64,000 nucleotides of DNA from an uncultured Pseudomonadales bacterium (GTDB taxonomy: Bacteria; Pseudomonadota; Gammaproteobacteria; Pseudomonadales; CANNCY01): NCBI GenBank assembly GCA_947503335.1, contig CANNCY010000001.1, positions 1,090,958 through 1,154,957 of the forward strand, read 5' to 3'. Every line of letters begins with the position of its first letter. Position 1 is the stretch's first letter. Below, one piece after another: positions 38,422 to 47,843 of this stretch. The position numbers and the translations under genes are program-made. The notes beneath the pieces are model-generated. The model was not told the origin of the DNA and did not search any database. It saw nothing but the letters and a program-made list of their open reading frames with translations.

Positions 38422-39792
38422 ATGCAACCAATCGCCCAAGATACAGCGCCAGATAAAGAGTACTCGCTTTTTCAGTACTACTTTAGAACTTTGCTGTGCA
38501 TAGCCGCGGCTGGGTCTATCATTGCCATGGGCGGCCTAGAATCGATTGACATAGTCGATGCCGCAGTTGTGCTATCGTTGCTTTGCTGGCCCTACCTTGC
38601 ATTTGTGTTAACCAGAAACATCGAGGGTAAACGTGCCACCACTGTTGCAAGTATTCTATGTCGTGCTGACGCAGCTGCAATTGGGGCAGCCCTTGCCCTT
38701 ACCCAATTCAATTGGTTAGCGTGCGCATTACTATTTGCAATGATTCAGTTCAACGCAGCCCTAACCGGGGGCATAAAGCGTTGGGCCAACGATAGTCTAG
38801 CGTTTGTCATTGGTGCCGGAATTGCCTACTGGCTAACCCAACCAACACTAAATTGGCAGCCTTCGACCAAAGTTAGCCAAATAGCAATCTTCGGCGTCCT
38901 GGTCTATTTCTTCGTATATGCTGTATACCTAAACCGCATTATTCAAAATTTAAAGGCTGATAACGACCACCTATCTAGTCAGTCGCAGCAGATTCGCATG
39001 CGTGCATACAAGTTAGCCCGCTACGTAAGCCCCCAGGTTTGGCAGTCAATCATTACTGGCAAAGAGATCAAACTACAAACCCAGCGTAAAAAGCTGACCA
39101 TATTCTTCAGTGACATCAAGGGCTTTACCGAGCTGACTGAAGAGATGGAAGCCGAAGCGCTAACCGATCTACTAAACACCTATCTGACCGAAATGTCGAA
39201 GATCGCTGATCGCTACGGCGCCACTATCGATAAGTTTATCGGCGATGCAATCATGATCTTTTTTGGCGACCCAAACAGTAACGGCACCAAGCAAGACGCT
39301 ATTGACTGCGCTCGCATGGCCATTGCTATGCGCAAGCGAACTCGCCAGCTACAAGCTGAATGGAAACGCCAGGGTATAGCCCAAGAGCTTGAAGTTCGTA
39401 TGGGTATCAATACAGGTTACTGTACGGTCGGAACCTTCGGTACCGAAGCACGAGCCGACTACACCCTACTAGGCCAAGAGGTCAATCTAGCAAGCCGGCT
39501 CGAATCGGTTGCACAACCTGGCGAAATCTTAATTTCTGAAAGCACTTTTGCGCTGGTACGTGATAGCATCTTAGCTCACGACAAGGGGCAGATTCGCGTA
39601 AAAGGCTTTACGAGGGCTGTTCGTGTATACCAAGTAAACGGCAACCGAGCCGATCTTGGTGGCAAGTCTAACTATTTAGAGCACAGCAGCGATGGGTTCT
39701 CATTCCATCTAGATATGGATGAAATCAAAAACTACGACCGCGACCATATCGCCGACCAGTTGAAAGAAGCGCTAGAACGCCTTAAAGACTAG
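38422..39792 (+). CDS. Class III adenylate cyclase with N-terminal membrane (MASE2-like) domain, CyaB-like
   Basis: TIFFSDIKGFT, DKFIGDAIMIFFG, RMGINTG, DYTLLGQEVNLASRLES; multi-TM N-terminus. Confidence 0.88.
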   Translation: MQPIAQDTAPDKEYSLFQYYFRTLLCIAAAGSIIAMGGLESIDIVDAAVVLSLLCWPYLAFVLTRNIEGKRATTVASILCRADAAAIGAALALTQFNWLACALLFAMIQFNAALTGGIKRWANDSLAFVIGAGIAYWLTQPTLNWQPSTKVSQIAIFGVLVYFFVYAVYLNRIIQNLKADNDHLSSQSQQIRMRAYKLARYVSPQVWQSIITGKEIKLQTQRKKLTIFFSDIKGFTELTEEMEAEALTDLLNTYLTEMSKIADRYGATIDKFIGDAIMIFFGDPNSNGTKQDAIDCARMAIAMRKRTRQLQAEWKRQGIAQELEVRMGINTGYCTVGTFGTEARADYTLLGQEVNLASRLESVAQPGEILISESTFALVRDSILAHDKGQIRVKGFTRAVRVYQVNGNRADLGGKSNYLEHSSDGFSFHLDMDEIKNYDRDHIADQLKEALERLKD

Positions 39793-39819
39793 CACCCAGC
39801 TAGTTTCACTCGTGTAAGC

Positions 39820-40638
39820 TTACTGCCTAATCAAACGAATATCTTGATGCCAACGGCTTGAGTCTGGGTCAGAGCTACGAACTGGGTTGATATCTAAACC
39901 ACCACGACGCGTATAACGGGCCGACACACATAGGTAATCAGGCTTTGCGATCTCATAAACATCAGTGAAGATGCGTTCAACGCAGTGCTCGTGAAACTCT
40001 TGATGATCTCTAAACGAAACGACATATCTAAGCAAACTAGCCAGATTGATTCGCTGCGCGGCCTGATATTCTATCAATACAGACCCCCAATCAGGCTGAC
40101 CAGTAACCAAACAGTTACTCTTCAATAAATCAGAGCTATAACGCTCAATACCAATAGTAGGTTCGCTATCTAAAGATAAAATATCTACCGACGGTTGGTA
40201 CACGAAGTCACTATCACAAGCACCATCAATGTTAATGGCGTCAATAGCACCCACACCATAGGCAGCAGACTGAACCCGCTCAAATCGCACAGCAACCGGC
40301 GCACCGGCGCAGGCACTAAGATCGCGCTCGCAGGTAGCTACTACATCTTCTAATGACTCGAAAGACGTTTGATTGAATGAATTTAGATAGAGCTTAAAAG
40401 ACTTAGATTCAATCAAATTGGGCGAGTTTGCGGGCACCGCAAAGAACGCTACCGCCACTTCGGGGCGCCCCGAAGGGCGTAGCCAGCTTACTTCGTAGCC
40501 TGTCCATCGATCTACACCATAAAAACTATGGTTAAAGCTGAGAGTGTCACGATTCAGCGATCTAGGCACCGGCTCTAAAAGAGAAGCGTCATACGTTTGC
40601 TTGTACGCTGATTTTTGACCTAAGTGTTTATCGATCAT
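39820..40638 (-). CDS. queF: NADPH-dependent preQ0 reductase
   Basis: WTGYEVSWL, NLIESKSFKLYLNSFN, KSNCLVTGQPDWG, EFHEHCVE, YTRRGGLDINP. Confidence 0.97.
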   Translation of the reverse strand: MIDKHLGQKSAYKQTYDASLLEPVPRSLNRDTLSFNHSFYGVDRWTGYEVSWLRPSGRPEVAVAFFAVPANSPNLIESKSFKLYLNSFNQTSFESLEDVVATCERDLSACAGAPVAVRFERVQSAAYGVGAIDAINIDGACDSDFVYQPSVDILSLDSEPTIGIERYSSDLLKSNCLVTGQPDWGSVLIEYQAAQRINLASLLRYVVSFRDHQEFHEHCVERIFTDVYEIAKPDYLCVSARYTRRGGLDINPVRSSDPDSSRWHQDIRLIRQ

Positions 40639-41399
40639 TTGCGAATTCTTGTTCCTGAGTTCAATAAATACAGACAGAAAGAGTATAGAAGAAGAATAAA
40701 ACCAGTGATCACCGCGATACTCGCCGTTACATTGATGTCTGAGATACCCAGAACACCGTACCTAAAGGCATTTACCATGTACAAAATCGGATTGGCCATC
40801 GATACATTTTGCCAGAACTCTGGCAATAAGCTCATTGAGTAAAACACCCCGCCCAAATAGGTCAGCGGCGTTAACACGAACGTTGGGATTATCGAAATGT
40901 CATCAAAACTATTGGCATAAACCGCATTGATAAAGCCCGCTAAGCTGAACAGTGTAGCCGTGAGTAACACCACTGACACCATAATGAACCAATTGTGTAC
41001 GTGTAATTTGGTAAAGAACATACTCACAATCGTTACGATCGTTGCAACCAACAGGCCTCTTACAACACCACCGATTACATAACCCAACAGAATCACTTGG
41101 TTCGACACAGGCGATACCAGTAGCTCCTCGATGTTGTTCTGAAACTTGGCCGAGTAGAAACTAGAGCACACATTGGCATAGGAGTTACTAATGATCGACA
41201 TCATGATCAAGCCTGGTACGACGAACTCCATGTAACTGAAGCCGTCCATCGTGCCAATACGAGACCCAATAAGTGCGCCAAAGATAACAAAATACAACGA
41301 CATCGTGATTGCTGGGGGCAATAATGTTTGCACCCAAATACGAGTAAAGCGTCGAATCTCTTTAGTAACGATTGTTTGAAAAGCAACCCACTGCTGCAT
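40635..41399 (-). CDS. yadH: ABC-2 type permease (YadH-like)
   Basis: EIRRFTRIWVQTLLPP, FVVPGLIMM, PLTYLGGVFYS. Confidence 0.88.
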   Translation of the reverse strand: MQQWVAFQTIVTKEIRRFTRIWVQTLLPPAITMSLYFVIFGALIGSRIGTMDGFSYMEFVVPGLIMMSIISNSYANVCSSFYSAKFQNNIEELLVSPVSNQVILLGYVIGGVVRGLLVATIVTIVSMFFTKLHVHNWFIMVSVVLLTATLFSLAGFINAVYANSFDDISIIPTFVLTPLTYLGGVFYSMSLLPEFWQNVSMANPILYMVNAFRYGVLGISDINVTASIAVITGFILLLYSFCLYLLNSGTRIRK

Positions 41400-41401
41400 A
41401 C

Positions 41402-42316
41402 TTACCTCGACTGCTCTACTAGGTTTACAAAAAGTTCTTCTAAGCGGTTTGCACGATTTCTCATACTAAGCACTTCGATACCATGACTCTTAATTGCTGC
41501 AAATAAGGCTGTTACGCCCTGCCCTTTTTCGACCTCAACCTCGATAGACTCGTCGTCGAGAGCTCGCCACGGATAACCTAAGTCAAGATCAGGCTGCGGA
41601 ATACTCGTCACATCTAAGATGAAGTGCTCTTTGTTCAGCTGTGACAACAATGCTTTAATGCTGGTGTTTTCTACCAACTCACCCTGATTAATGATACCCA
41701 CATTACGACAGAGACTTTCGGCCTCTTCAAGGTAATGAGTGGTCAGAATTATCGTCGTGCCTTCTTCATTAATTTTACGTAGAAAGTCCCACATCGATCG
41801 ACGCAATTCGATATCAACACCTGCAGTAGGCTCATCTAAAATCAATAACTTAGGGTTGTGCACCAGGGCACGAGCAATCATCAAACGTCGCTTCATACCC
41901 CCAGACAGCATACGCGCCTGATCAAAGCGCTTGTCCCACAAGCCTAACTGCTCTAAATAATGCTGTGCTCGCGGTAGCGCGACCTTTTGCGGTATTCCGT
42001 AGTAGCCTGCTTGCTGAGTAATAATATCGATCACTCGCTCGAACTGACTAAAGTTAAACTCTTGCGGTACAACACCTAACTGCTCTTTAGCCAACGCAAA
42101 GTTTTCATCAATGTCGTGCCCCAATATCTGTACAGAGCCAGACGACTTAGATACAAGTGAGCAAAGAATACCAATCGTTGTCGACTTGCCTGCGCCATTG
42201 GGCCCCAATAGTGCATAGAAATCACCTTGATCTACGGTCAATGACACTCCTTTCAGAGCCTCAAAACCGTTGTCGTATACTTTTCGTAAATCGGTTATTT
42301 GAAGTGCGTAAGTCAT
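41402..42316 (-). CDS. yadG: ABC transporter ATP-binding protein (YadG-like)
   Basis: GPNGAGKST, LSGGMKRR, ILDEPT, TTHY. Start moved to ATG 42316 (MTYALQI). Confidence 0.88.
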   Translation of the reverse strand: MTYALQITDLRKVYDNGFEALKGVSLTVDQGDFYALLGPNGAGKSTTIGILCSLVSKSSGSVQILGHDIDENFALAKEQLGVVPQEFNFSQFERVIDIITQQAGYYGIPQKVALPRAQHYLEQLGLWDKRFDQARMLSGGMKRRLMIARALVHNPKLLILDEPTAGVDIELRRSMWDFLRKINEEGTTIILTTHYLEEAESLCRNVGIINQGELVENTSIKALLSQLNKEHFILDVTSIPQPDLDLGYPWRALDDESIEVEVEKGQGVTALFAAIKSHGIEVLSMRNRANRLEELFVNLVEQSR

Positions 42317-42401
42317 CTCTACTGCCAGCGATAGTACGTTTTTCAACTATGTTACAGAGCACTCACATAATGTGCGAGAGTGCTCTTTGTGAATGTGACA
42401 C

Positions 42402-43616
42402 TCAATGAGCAAGATGATCTTTTTGTGGGTCGATGTGCAATGGGCTATTAAGCCAAAATTGATCAGATTGCACGCTTTCGTAGGCGTAATCAAACAAGAG
42501 CTTCATGTTTTCAGAGTCAAACATTTCATGCTTGGCCTTCTCTTCGAATTCATCTGGGATATAGATTAAGTTGAACTTCATGCCATCACGTACCGCTCCC
42601 AAATAAGCTCTATAAGTATCACCTAGAGTTTGCGCGGCCACCAAGCTGTCTATACTTCGCACCAAGATTGGCACTACCTTATCATTTGTATGAGCAGCCC
42701 TTGGGCGCAGGCGACCATTTCTAATAATGTAAACGTTACCTGCCCCTGTTGCGCCCATATTCTGCTTCAACTTTGCAAAATCGAATTTGAGTGGATCATA
42801 AAACAACTCTCTAGTTACCCCACCATCTACATGAATCTCGTGATACTCTTCGCCATTGTGGTACACATCAAATATCTGAGGCGGAAAGAATCCAGGAATA
42901 GACGCACTGGCTATAATAATTTTTCTAATTAGATCATATCGACCCTCGTCGCCAGAGCTTGCTATTTCGCCAATATCCCAGGTCATAGGCCGCCCTGCAT
43001 CTAAGTGAGTCGTGCTTAGCAGCAATCTGCGCCCTTTGCGATATTCTGCTGCTATATCATCAATCATTGAATCAGGAAAATAGCTCTTTACGTAGTCTTG
43101 TAACTTGTCACCCTTGGTATAAGAGTCATTAAACAAAACCGTCAGCAACGATCGCTCGTCAACCAGACTATCGTGGGTTGCTGCTAACATCGAACGCTTT
43201 AAACGCTCATCATAATCACTACCAAGAAAGGCAAACGGCGCAATCAATGCACCGGCGCTAACACCAGTCACAATGGTAAACTCAGGGCGGGTCTCTAAGG
43301 CAGACCAACCCAACAGTACACCTATACCAAATGCACCGTGCTCGCCTCCTCCTGAAAGCGCCAATACATTAAGCTCTTTACCGACTAAATAAGGAAACTG
43401 CGACTCAAACGCCCTTTCATCTACTAGAAAGTCATGATCAAAGATGGACTGCGAACGCCCGTCACCAAAGGCACGAATGGTCGGCGAATAGTCACCCGAA
43501 ACCAAAACATTGTCATGCAGCGCCTTTGGAACCCTCGGCTCAAGCGTGCGATTAGACTGACAGCCCACAATGACTATCGTCAGACAAAGCGAAATAAATA
43601 CCCTTGTACAAGTCAT
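42402..43616 (-). CDS. Patatin-like phospholipase, lipoprotein
   Basis: SGGGEHGAF, GVSAG, HVDGG catalytic motifs; lipobox IVGC; ATG 43616 has AGAGGGG RBS. Confidence 0.85.
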   Translation of the reverse strand: MTCTRVFISLCLTIVIVGCQSNRTLEPRVPKALHDNVLVSGDYSPTIRAFGDGRSQSIFDHDFLVDERAFESQFPYLVGKELNVLALSGGGEHGAFGIGVLLGWSALETRPEFTIVTGVSAGALIAPFAFLGSDYDERLKRSMLAATHDSLVDERSLLTVLFNDSYTKGDKLQDYVKSYFPDSMIDDIAAEYRKGRRLLLSTTHLDAGRPMTWDIGEIASSGDEGRYDLIRKIIIASASIPGFFPPQIFDVYHNGEEYHEIHVDGGVTRELFYDPLKFDFAKLKQNMGATGAGNVYIIRNGRLRPRAAHTNDKVVPILVRSIDSLVAAQTLGDTYRAYLGAVRDGMKFNLIYIPDEFEEKAKHEMFDSENMKLLFDYAYESVQSDQFWLNSPLHIDPQKDHLAH

Positions 43617-43663
43617 AAGCCCCTCTATTAGTTGCACGGTCATCATTATAGACAATTTTGTGG

Positions 43664-43702
43664 TTGCACTATCTGTATCAGTGTATTACTGTATTAATAC
43701 AG
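43664..43702 (+). promoter_or_regulatory. Sigma70-like promoter overlapped by candidate YtrA/GntR operator
   Basis: TTGCAC(43664)-N17-TACTGT; inverted repeat TGTATTA-N6-TAATACA (43682-43701); perfect palindrome CTGTATTAATACAG (43689-43702). Confidence 0.7.
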
Positions 43703-43719
43703 TATGCATAAAAGAGGCA

Positions 43720-44097
43720 ATGATGTTCTCAATTAACCCTAACAGTGGCGCCCCTATATATAAGCAGCTCACCGAACAGGTAGAACTACTTATCAACGCT
43801 AGACGCCTTCGACCCGGTGATGCACTGCCGTCAGTTAGAGAGATCGCAACTACCCTAGCTGTAAACCCAATGACTGTATCTAAAGCATTTTCGTTGCTAG
43901 AGGCACAAGGGCTACTAGTGCGTCAGCGCGGCAAACCCATGCGCGTAGCTGAACTAGCGACCTCCGAAAACCATTCACCTCTAGAGCTACTGCATAACGA
44001 TATCGACGAGTTACTTGCTAAAGCAAAACAGCTCGATGTAACTAACGAACAATTAATAGACTCAATTCACAGCCGGTTAAGGAATCAAGATGACTAA
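43720..44097 (+). CDS. GntR-family regulator, YtrA subfamily
   Basis: PIYKQL...LRPGDALPSVREIA...VNPMTVSKAFSLLE...G; short C-terminal helix. Start set at ATG 43720 after AAGAGG. Confidence 0.9.
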   Translation: MMFSINPNSGAPIYKQLTEQVELLINARRLRPGDALPSVREIATTLAVNPMTVSKAFSLLEAQGLLVRQRGKPMRVAELATSENHSPLELLHNDIDELLAKAKQLDVTNEQLIDSIHSRLRNQDD

Positions 44098-44956
44098 GCT
44101 TGCAACTATCGATCATCTAACCCAGACATTTGACGGTACAGATGTCTTAAAGGGTATTACAACGAATATTAACGAAGGCGATGTTATTGGCGTACTAGGC
44201 CTTAATGGTGCAGGTAAATCGACGCTGATAGAAACCCTATTGGGGTTTATCCCTGCACAACAGGGCGACATTAAACTGTTTGGTGAGTCACCACTTAACA
44301 TGTCATTAGAATCGAAATCAAAGATCGGTTATGTCGCACAAGAAGATGAGCTTTTGCCTAATCTAACGGGCCATCAATACCTGTCGCTGCTATCTGGCTA
44401 TTACGCTGACTGGAACAAAGAGGTATGCGATAAGTTAATTAATGACTGGCAGGTAGACGCGAACAAGCGTATTTCTAAGCTATCGGTTGGCCAACGTCAA
44501 AAGCTATCTATTATTGCCTCAATGGCTTATAACCCTCAGCTACTTGTTTTAGACGAACCTGTTGCTAGCCTTGACCCTGTTGCTCGCCGAGAGTTCTTAC
44601 AAACTATTGCCGGTATCGCCTGCGAACCTACTAACGCCGTTGTATTCTCAACACACATCGTTACTGATCTAGAACGTGTCGCTAGTCGGCTATGGATGAT
44701 CAAAGATGGCGAGCTGATATTTGACACCTATATTGATGAACTAGCAGATCAGGTTAGCGTTATCGAATTTGATGGAGCCATATCTTTACCCAAGCTACCT
44801 GGCGAGCTGTCTCGAAAACACCCACTTGGCAATACGAGAATCTGTGTTCAGGGTTACAACCAAAGCCTTGCACAGCATATTGATGCGAACGCTTCAGTTA
44901 AACACCAGCGTATACCGGTATCTCTAGAAGACCTGATGCTGGAGATTCACGCATGA
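44090..44956 (+). CDS. ABC transporter ATP-binding protein (YtrB-like)
   Basis: GLNGAGKST, LSVGQRQK, VLDEP, FSTHIV. Confidence 0.9.
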   Translation: MTKLATIDHLTQTFDGTDVLKGITTNINEGDVIGVLGLNGAGKSTLIETLLGFIPAQQGDIKLFGESPLNMSLESKSKIGYVAQEDELLPNLTGHQYLSLLSGYYADWNKEVCDKLINDWQVDANKRISKLSVGQRQKLSIIASMAYNPQLLVLDEPVASLDPVARREFLQTIAGIACEPTNAVVFSTHIVTDLERVASRLWMIKDGELIFDTYIDELADQVSVIEFDGAISLPKLPGELSRKHPLGNTRICVQGYNQSLAQHIDANASVKHQRIPVSLEDLMLEIHA

Positions 44957-46317
44957 TACGTTTTGATTTAGTTTGGCGAAGTATGAATAACGGCTCGACA
45001 CTGAGTATGCTGATTGCGCTTATCGTAATAGGTAGCGGGCTTATACTGATCTCAATCTTCACGCAAGATCATGAGCAAACCCTGCGCGTAGGCGGCACCA
45101 TCGGTGCCTTAATGCTAGCAACGCATACCATCTTTTTACCACTAACTGCTGGGCGCGTATTGGCCAATCCTAAGCTGCAACTTGCGCCCCAAGCACAGCC
45201 CAGTATTCGCTTATGTGTACTGGCTCTCGTCGTGCTTAACGCTATAGTCTGGCCTGTGATTGGCGTTGCTGTTTTTAAGCTCAATTATCCATTTATTGTA
45301 TTGTTAACAGCGTGCTGGCTCTCGATGATTACGCTAGCGTTAATAGCAGTCGCCGCGCCCAAAAATACATTCGGTATCGTAATGTATTTTTCGTCAGTCG
45401 GTATCATTCCGAGCTTATTACTACCCTGGTTATTGACGCTGCCAATCAATTTACTGGTTGGCTTATCATCACTATTGTTAGTCATCGCGATCGCCTATTG
45501 CTTGATAACGGATAGCCGCTACTCAAACGCGAATCTGCTGCGTTCAAGGCAGCTACTCAATCCGTCGAGCACTAAAAACTTTAGGTGGGTCGAGCGACTA
45601 TTTGATTACTCGCCAAGCGACACCTTTGATAACGACGACAAACGAAACTACGCAATGCTGTCGATGCAAAACAGCGGGCCAGAATCAAAGCTGATGGCAA
45701 CGATGCTGCTCGGCGTACCGGCCGCAATCGTATTAATTCATTTCATTGTGCTGATCTTCAAACCTGAAGAATCACTCAATCGAGTACCCTTACTGGCAAT
45801 TGTTCCGGCGCTATGTGGCATATACGGAGCCATAATAGCCCCATTAGTAGATAACGCACGCCGAATGCACCTTAGAATAGATGGCGATCGCAATAAGTTG
45901 TTTACCTTAATAGACAAACTAGTTTTTACTAAAGTAGTAAAATGGCTACTGGCTGCTGGAGTAATGGTTCTTACGTTGATTGCCTTACTACCAAACATCA
46001 GTTTTACGCTGCTAGACAGCGCAAAGATTTATGCCACAGTCATGTTTATCTACATCGCTGCAACATACATTGCCTTGTACATATTTTCTGCCACGGCTAG
46101 AGGGCCAAAAAGATATGTCGTTGGCACACTACTTTATATTCCACTTATGTTCGGTGTGTTTTGGCTTGCTAAAATAGCACCACAAGCTGACTTCATAGTT
46201 TTGGCCAGTACCTGTGCCGCAGCTACATTTACCGCGATTATATTTAGAAAACTGGCCAGAAAAGTGTTCGCAAACAAAGCCCTACTCTATGTTTCACCTA
46301 AAACAGTCCATCTATAG
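44953..46317 (+). CDS. Polytopic membrane protein, probable permease of the YtrA-type ABC system
   Basis: Two blocks of about 6 hydrophobic segments; ATGA overlap with the ATPase stop. Confidence 0.65.
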   Translation: MIRFDLVWRSMNNGSTLSMLIALIVIGSGLILISIFTQDHEQTLRVGGTIGALMLATHTIFLPLTAGRVLANPKLQLAPQAQPSIRLCVLALVVLNAIVWPVIGVAVFKLNYPFIVLLTACWLSMITLALIAVAAPKNTFGIVMYFSSVGIIPSLLLPWLLTLPINLLVGLSSLLLVIAIAYCLITDSRYSNANLLRSRQLLNPSSTKNFRWVERLFDYSPSDTFDNDDKRNYAMLSMQNSGPESKLMATMLLGVPAAIVLIHFIVLIFKPEESLNRVPLLAIVPALCGIYGAIIAPLVDNARRMHLRIDGDRNKLFTLIDKLVFTKVVKWLLAAGVMVLTLIALLPNISFTLLDSAKIYATVMFIYIAATYIALYIFSATARGPKRYVVGTLLYIPLMFGVFWLAKIAPQADFIVLASTCAAATFTAIIFRKLARKVFANKALLYVSPKTVHL

Positions 46318-46337
46318 CTAGCAATGCTTAAGGATTA

Positions 46338-46982
46338 CTAGGCCCAATGGCGCCCACTGGGCGTCAGGCCACAACCCGAAAGAATCATTTCACACAAGAA
46401 TCGCTTAATACTCTTAACATCATCCTGCTCGTACTCTTGTCGATTAGTAATCGCCAAAATCTGGGTTTCAAAATCGGCGTAATGCTGTGTAGAAGACCAG
46501 ATCATAAAGATCAAATGCTGAGGATCGACTGCGTTCATCTTGCCCGCTGATATCCATGCATTGATTAGATCAACCCGCTCTTTAAACCAGGCGCGTAGAT
46601 CGCTTCGAAAATGCTCTTGCAGGTTAGGCGCGCCAGAAATAATTTCCATTGCAAATATCTTAGATGCATTAGGGTAATCGATTGAAAGATCGACCTTGGC
46701 ACAAATATAATCTTCAAGTACCTGCGCAGGGTCATCATCAATTGACGCGGTATCAAGCACCGAGTTCCATCGAGAGATAATCGAAGACAGCACTTCAGCA
46801 TAAAGCTCAAGCTTTGAACCAAAGTAATAGACTATATTCGCCTTGGGCAAGTCGGCAGCGTCGGCGATCGCCTGCATGCTAGTGCCTTTAAAACCAGCTT
46901 TCACAAACTGAGTCTCTGCAGCCGCTAAGATATTTTCGCGGTGCTGTTGGCGTATTTTGCCTTCTTTATATTGCTTTGCCAC
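46338..46982 (-). CDS. rutR: TetR-family regulator, RutR-like
   Basis: ILAAAETQF...GFKGTSM..IA..A..PKANIVYYF HTH; C-region SKIFAMEIISGAP, HLIFMIWSSTQHYADF. Confidence 0.8.
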   Translation of the reverse strand: MAKQYKEGKIRQQHRENILAAAETQFVKAGFKGTSMQAIADAADLPKANIVYYFGSKLELYAEVLSSIISRWNSVLDTASIDDDPAQVLEDYICAKVDLSIDYPNASKIFAMEIISGAPNLQEHFRSDLRAWFKERVDLINAWISAGKMNAVDPQHLIFMIWSSTQHYADFETQILAITNRQEYEQDDVKSIKRFLCEMILSGCGLTPSGRHWA

Positions 46983-47011
46983 ACCTAAACCTTTGAATTG
47001 TTCATCGCCAG

Positions 47012-47040
47012 AAAAACAAAAGGCGGCCTAAGCCGCCTCT
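47012..47040 (-). terminator. Intrinsic terminator after the Tsx-like gene
   Basis: Minus strand AGAGGCGGC-TTAG-GCCGCCTTTTGTTTTT. Confidence 0.8.
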
Positions 47041-47053
47041 ACATCATACCTGA

Positions 47054-47764
47054 TTACAGGTGGTACTTAATCAGTGCACTAAACGCACTTTCTTCAACAC
47101 CCTTGATGCCAAACTTGTTGTTCCAGTATGAGTACTCTACACCAAGCTCTAGCTTAGATTTTTCCATACCAAAGAACTTGCCAACGTTTGCGCGAAGCTG
47201 AGGGTTGATGTGGCTATCTGCTGCATGATCTGCTTGACCCGTTGAGAAATCAGCATAGCCGTCGAACATCCACTCAACGCTACCTGTTTTGAATGGGAAG
47301 CCGTAAACAATAGTTAACTGCTCGTCAGACGACGTCTCTGAGTTATCTGCGTAGTAAACGTTTGCTTGGAAGAACGCCGCACCTGGTACTTTTAGATCAA
47401 CACCAGCACCGTATAGATGATTGCTCTGACCGCCAAAAGTGTGGTTGTTGTATTCGTATGTGTAAGCAGCGTAAACGTTGTTTACTGGGCCAAAGGTTGC
47501 TTCTGACAACTTAAAGCGAGGTGATACTTCACCATAGATTTCGCTAAAGTCGTTTTCAGCTTCGTGACGATCAACAAACAAGAAAAGGTCGCCCCAGCTA
47601 TGGCCCGATACGTGCTCGATAGTTAGGGTAGTCGCTTCGCCCATTAGCTCGTAGTCGTTACCGTACAATAGCGTAAAGCTATTGTCTGCCCAAAACTGCT
47701 CTGCTTGAGCATTCACTGAAACAGCTGCAGCTGCCGCAAAAGAAAGTGCTTTAAGTGATTTCAT
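47054..47764 (-). CDS. Tsx-like nucleoside-specific outer membrane channel
   Basis: Signal peptide; TLTIEHVSGHSWGDLFLFVD, YGEVSPR, FDGYADF, VEYSYWNNKFG. Start set at ATG 47764 (MKSLKAL). Confidence 0.8.
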   Translation of the reverse strand: MKSLKALSFAAAAAVSVNAQAEQFWADNSFTLLYGNDYELMGEATTLTIEHVSGHSWGDLFLFVDRHEAENDFSEIYGEVSPRFKLSEATFGPVNNVYAAYTYEYNNHTFGGQSNHLYGAGVDLKVPGAAFFQANVYYADNSETSSDEQLTIVYGFPFKTGSVEWMFDGYADFSTGQADHAADSHINPQLRANVGKFFGMEKSKLELGVEYSYWNNKFGIKGVEESAFSALIKYHL

Positions 47765-47798
47765 AATATCTACTCTCAAATTGTGTAATCTATGTAAC

Positions 47799-47818
47799 TG
47801 GGCGGCGATCGCCGCCCA
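47799..47818. other. Perfect 20-bp palindrome between the BMP and Tsx genes
   Basis: TGGGCGGCGATCGCCGCCCA, no adjacent U-tract. Confidence 0.8.
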
Positions 47819-47843
47819 CTTCATTCGGTCTATGCCGACTTAA

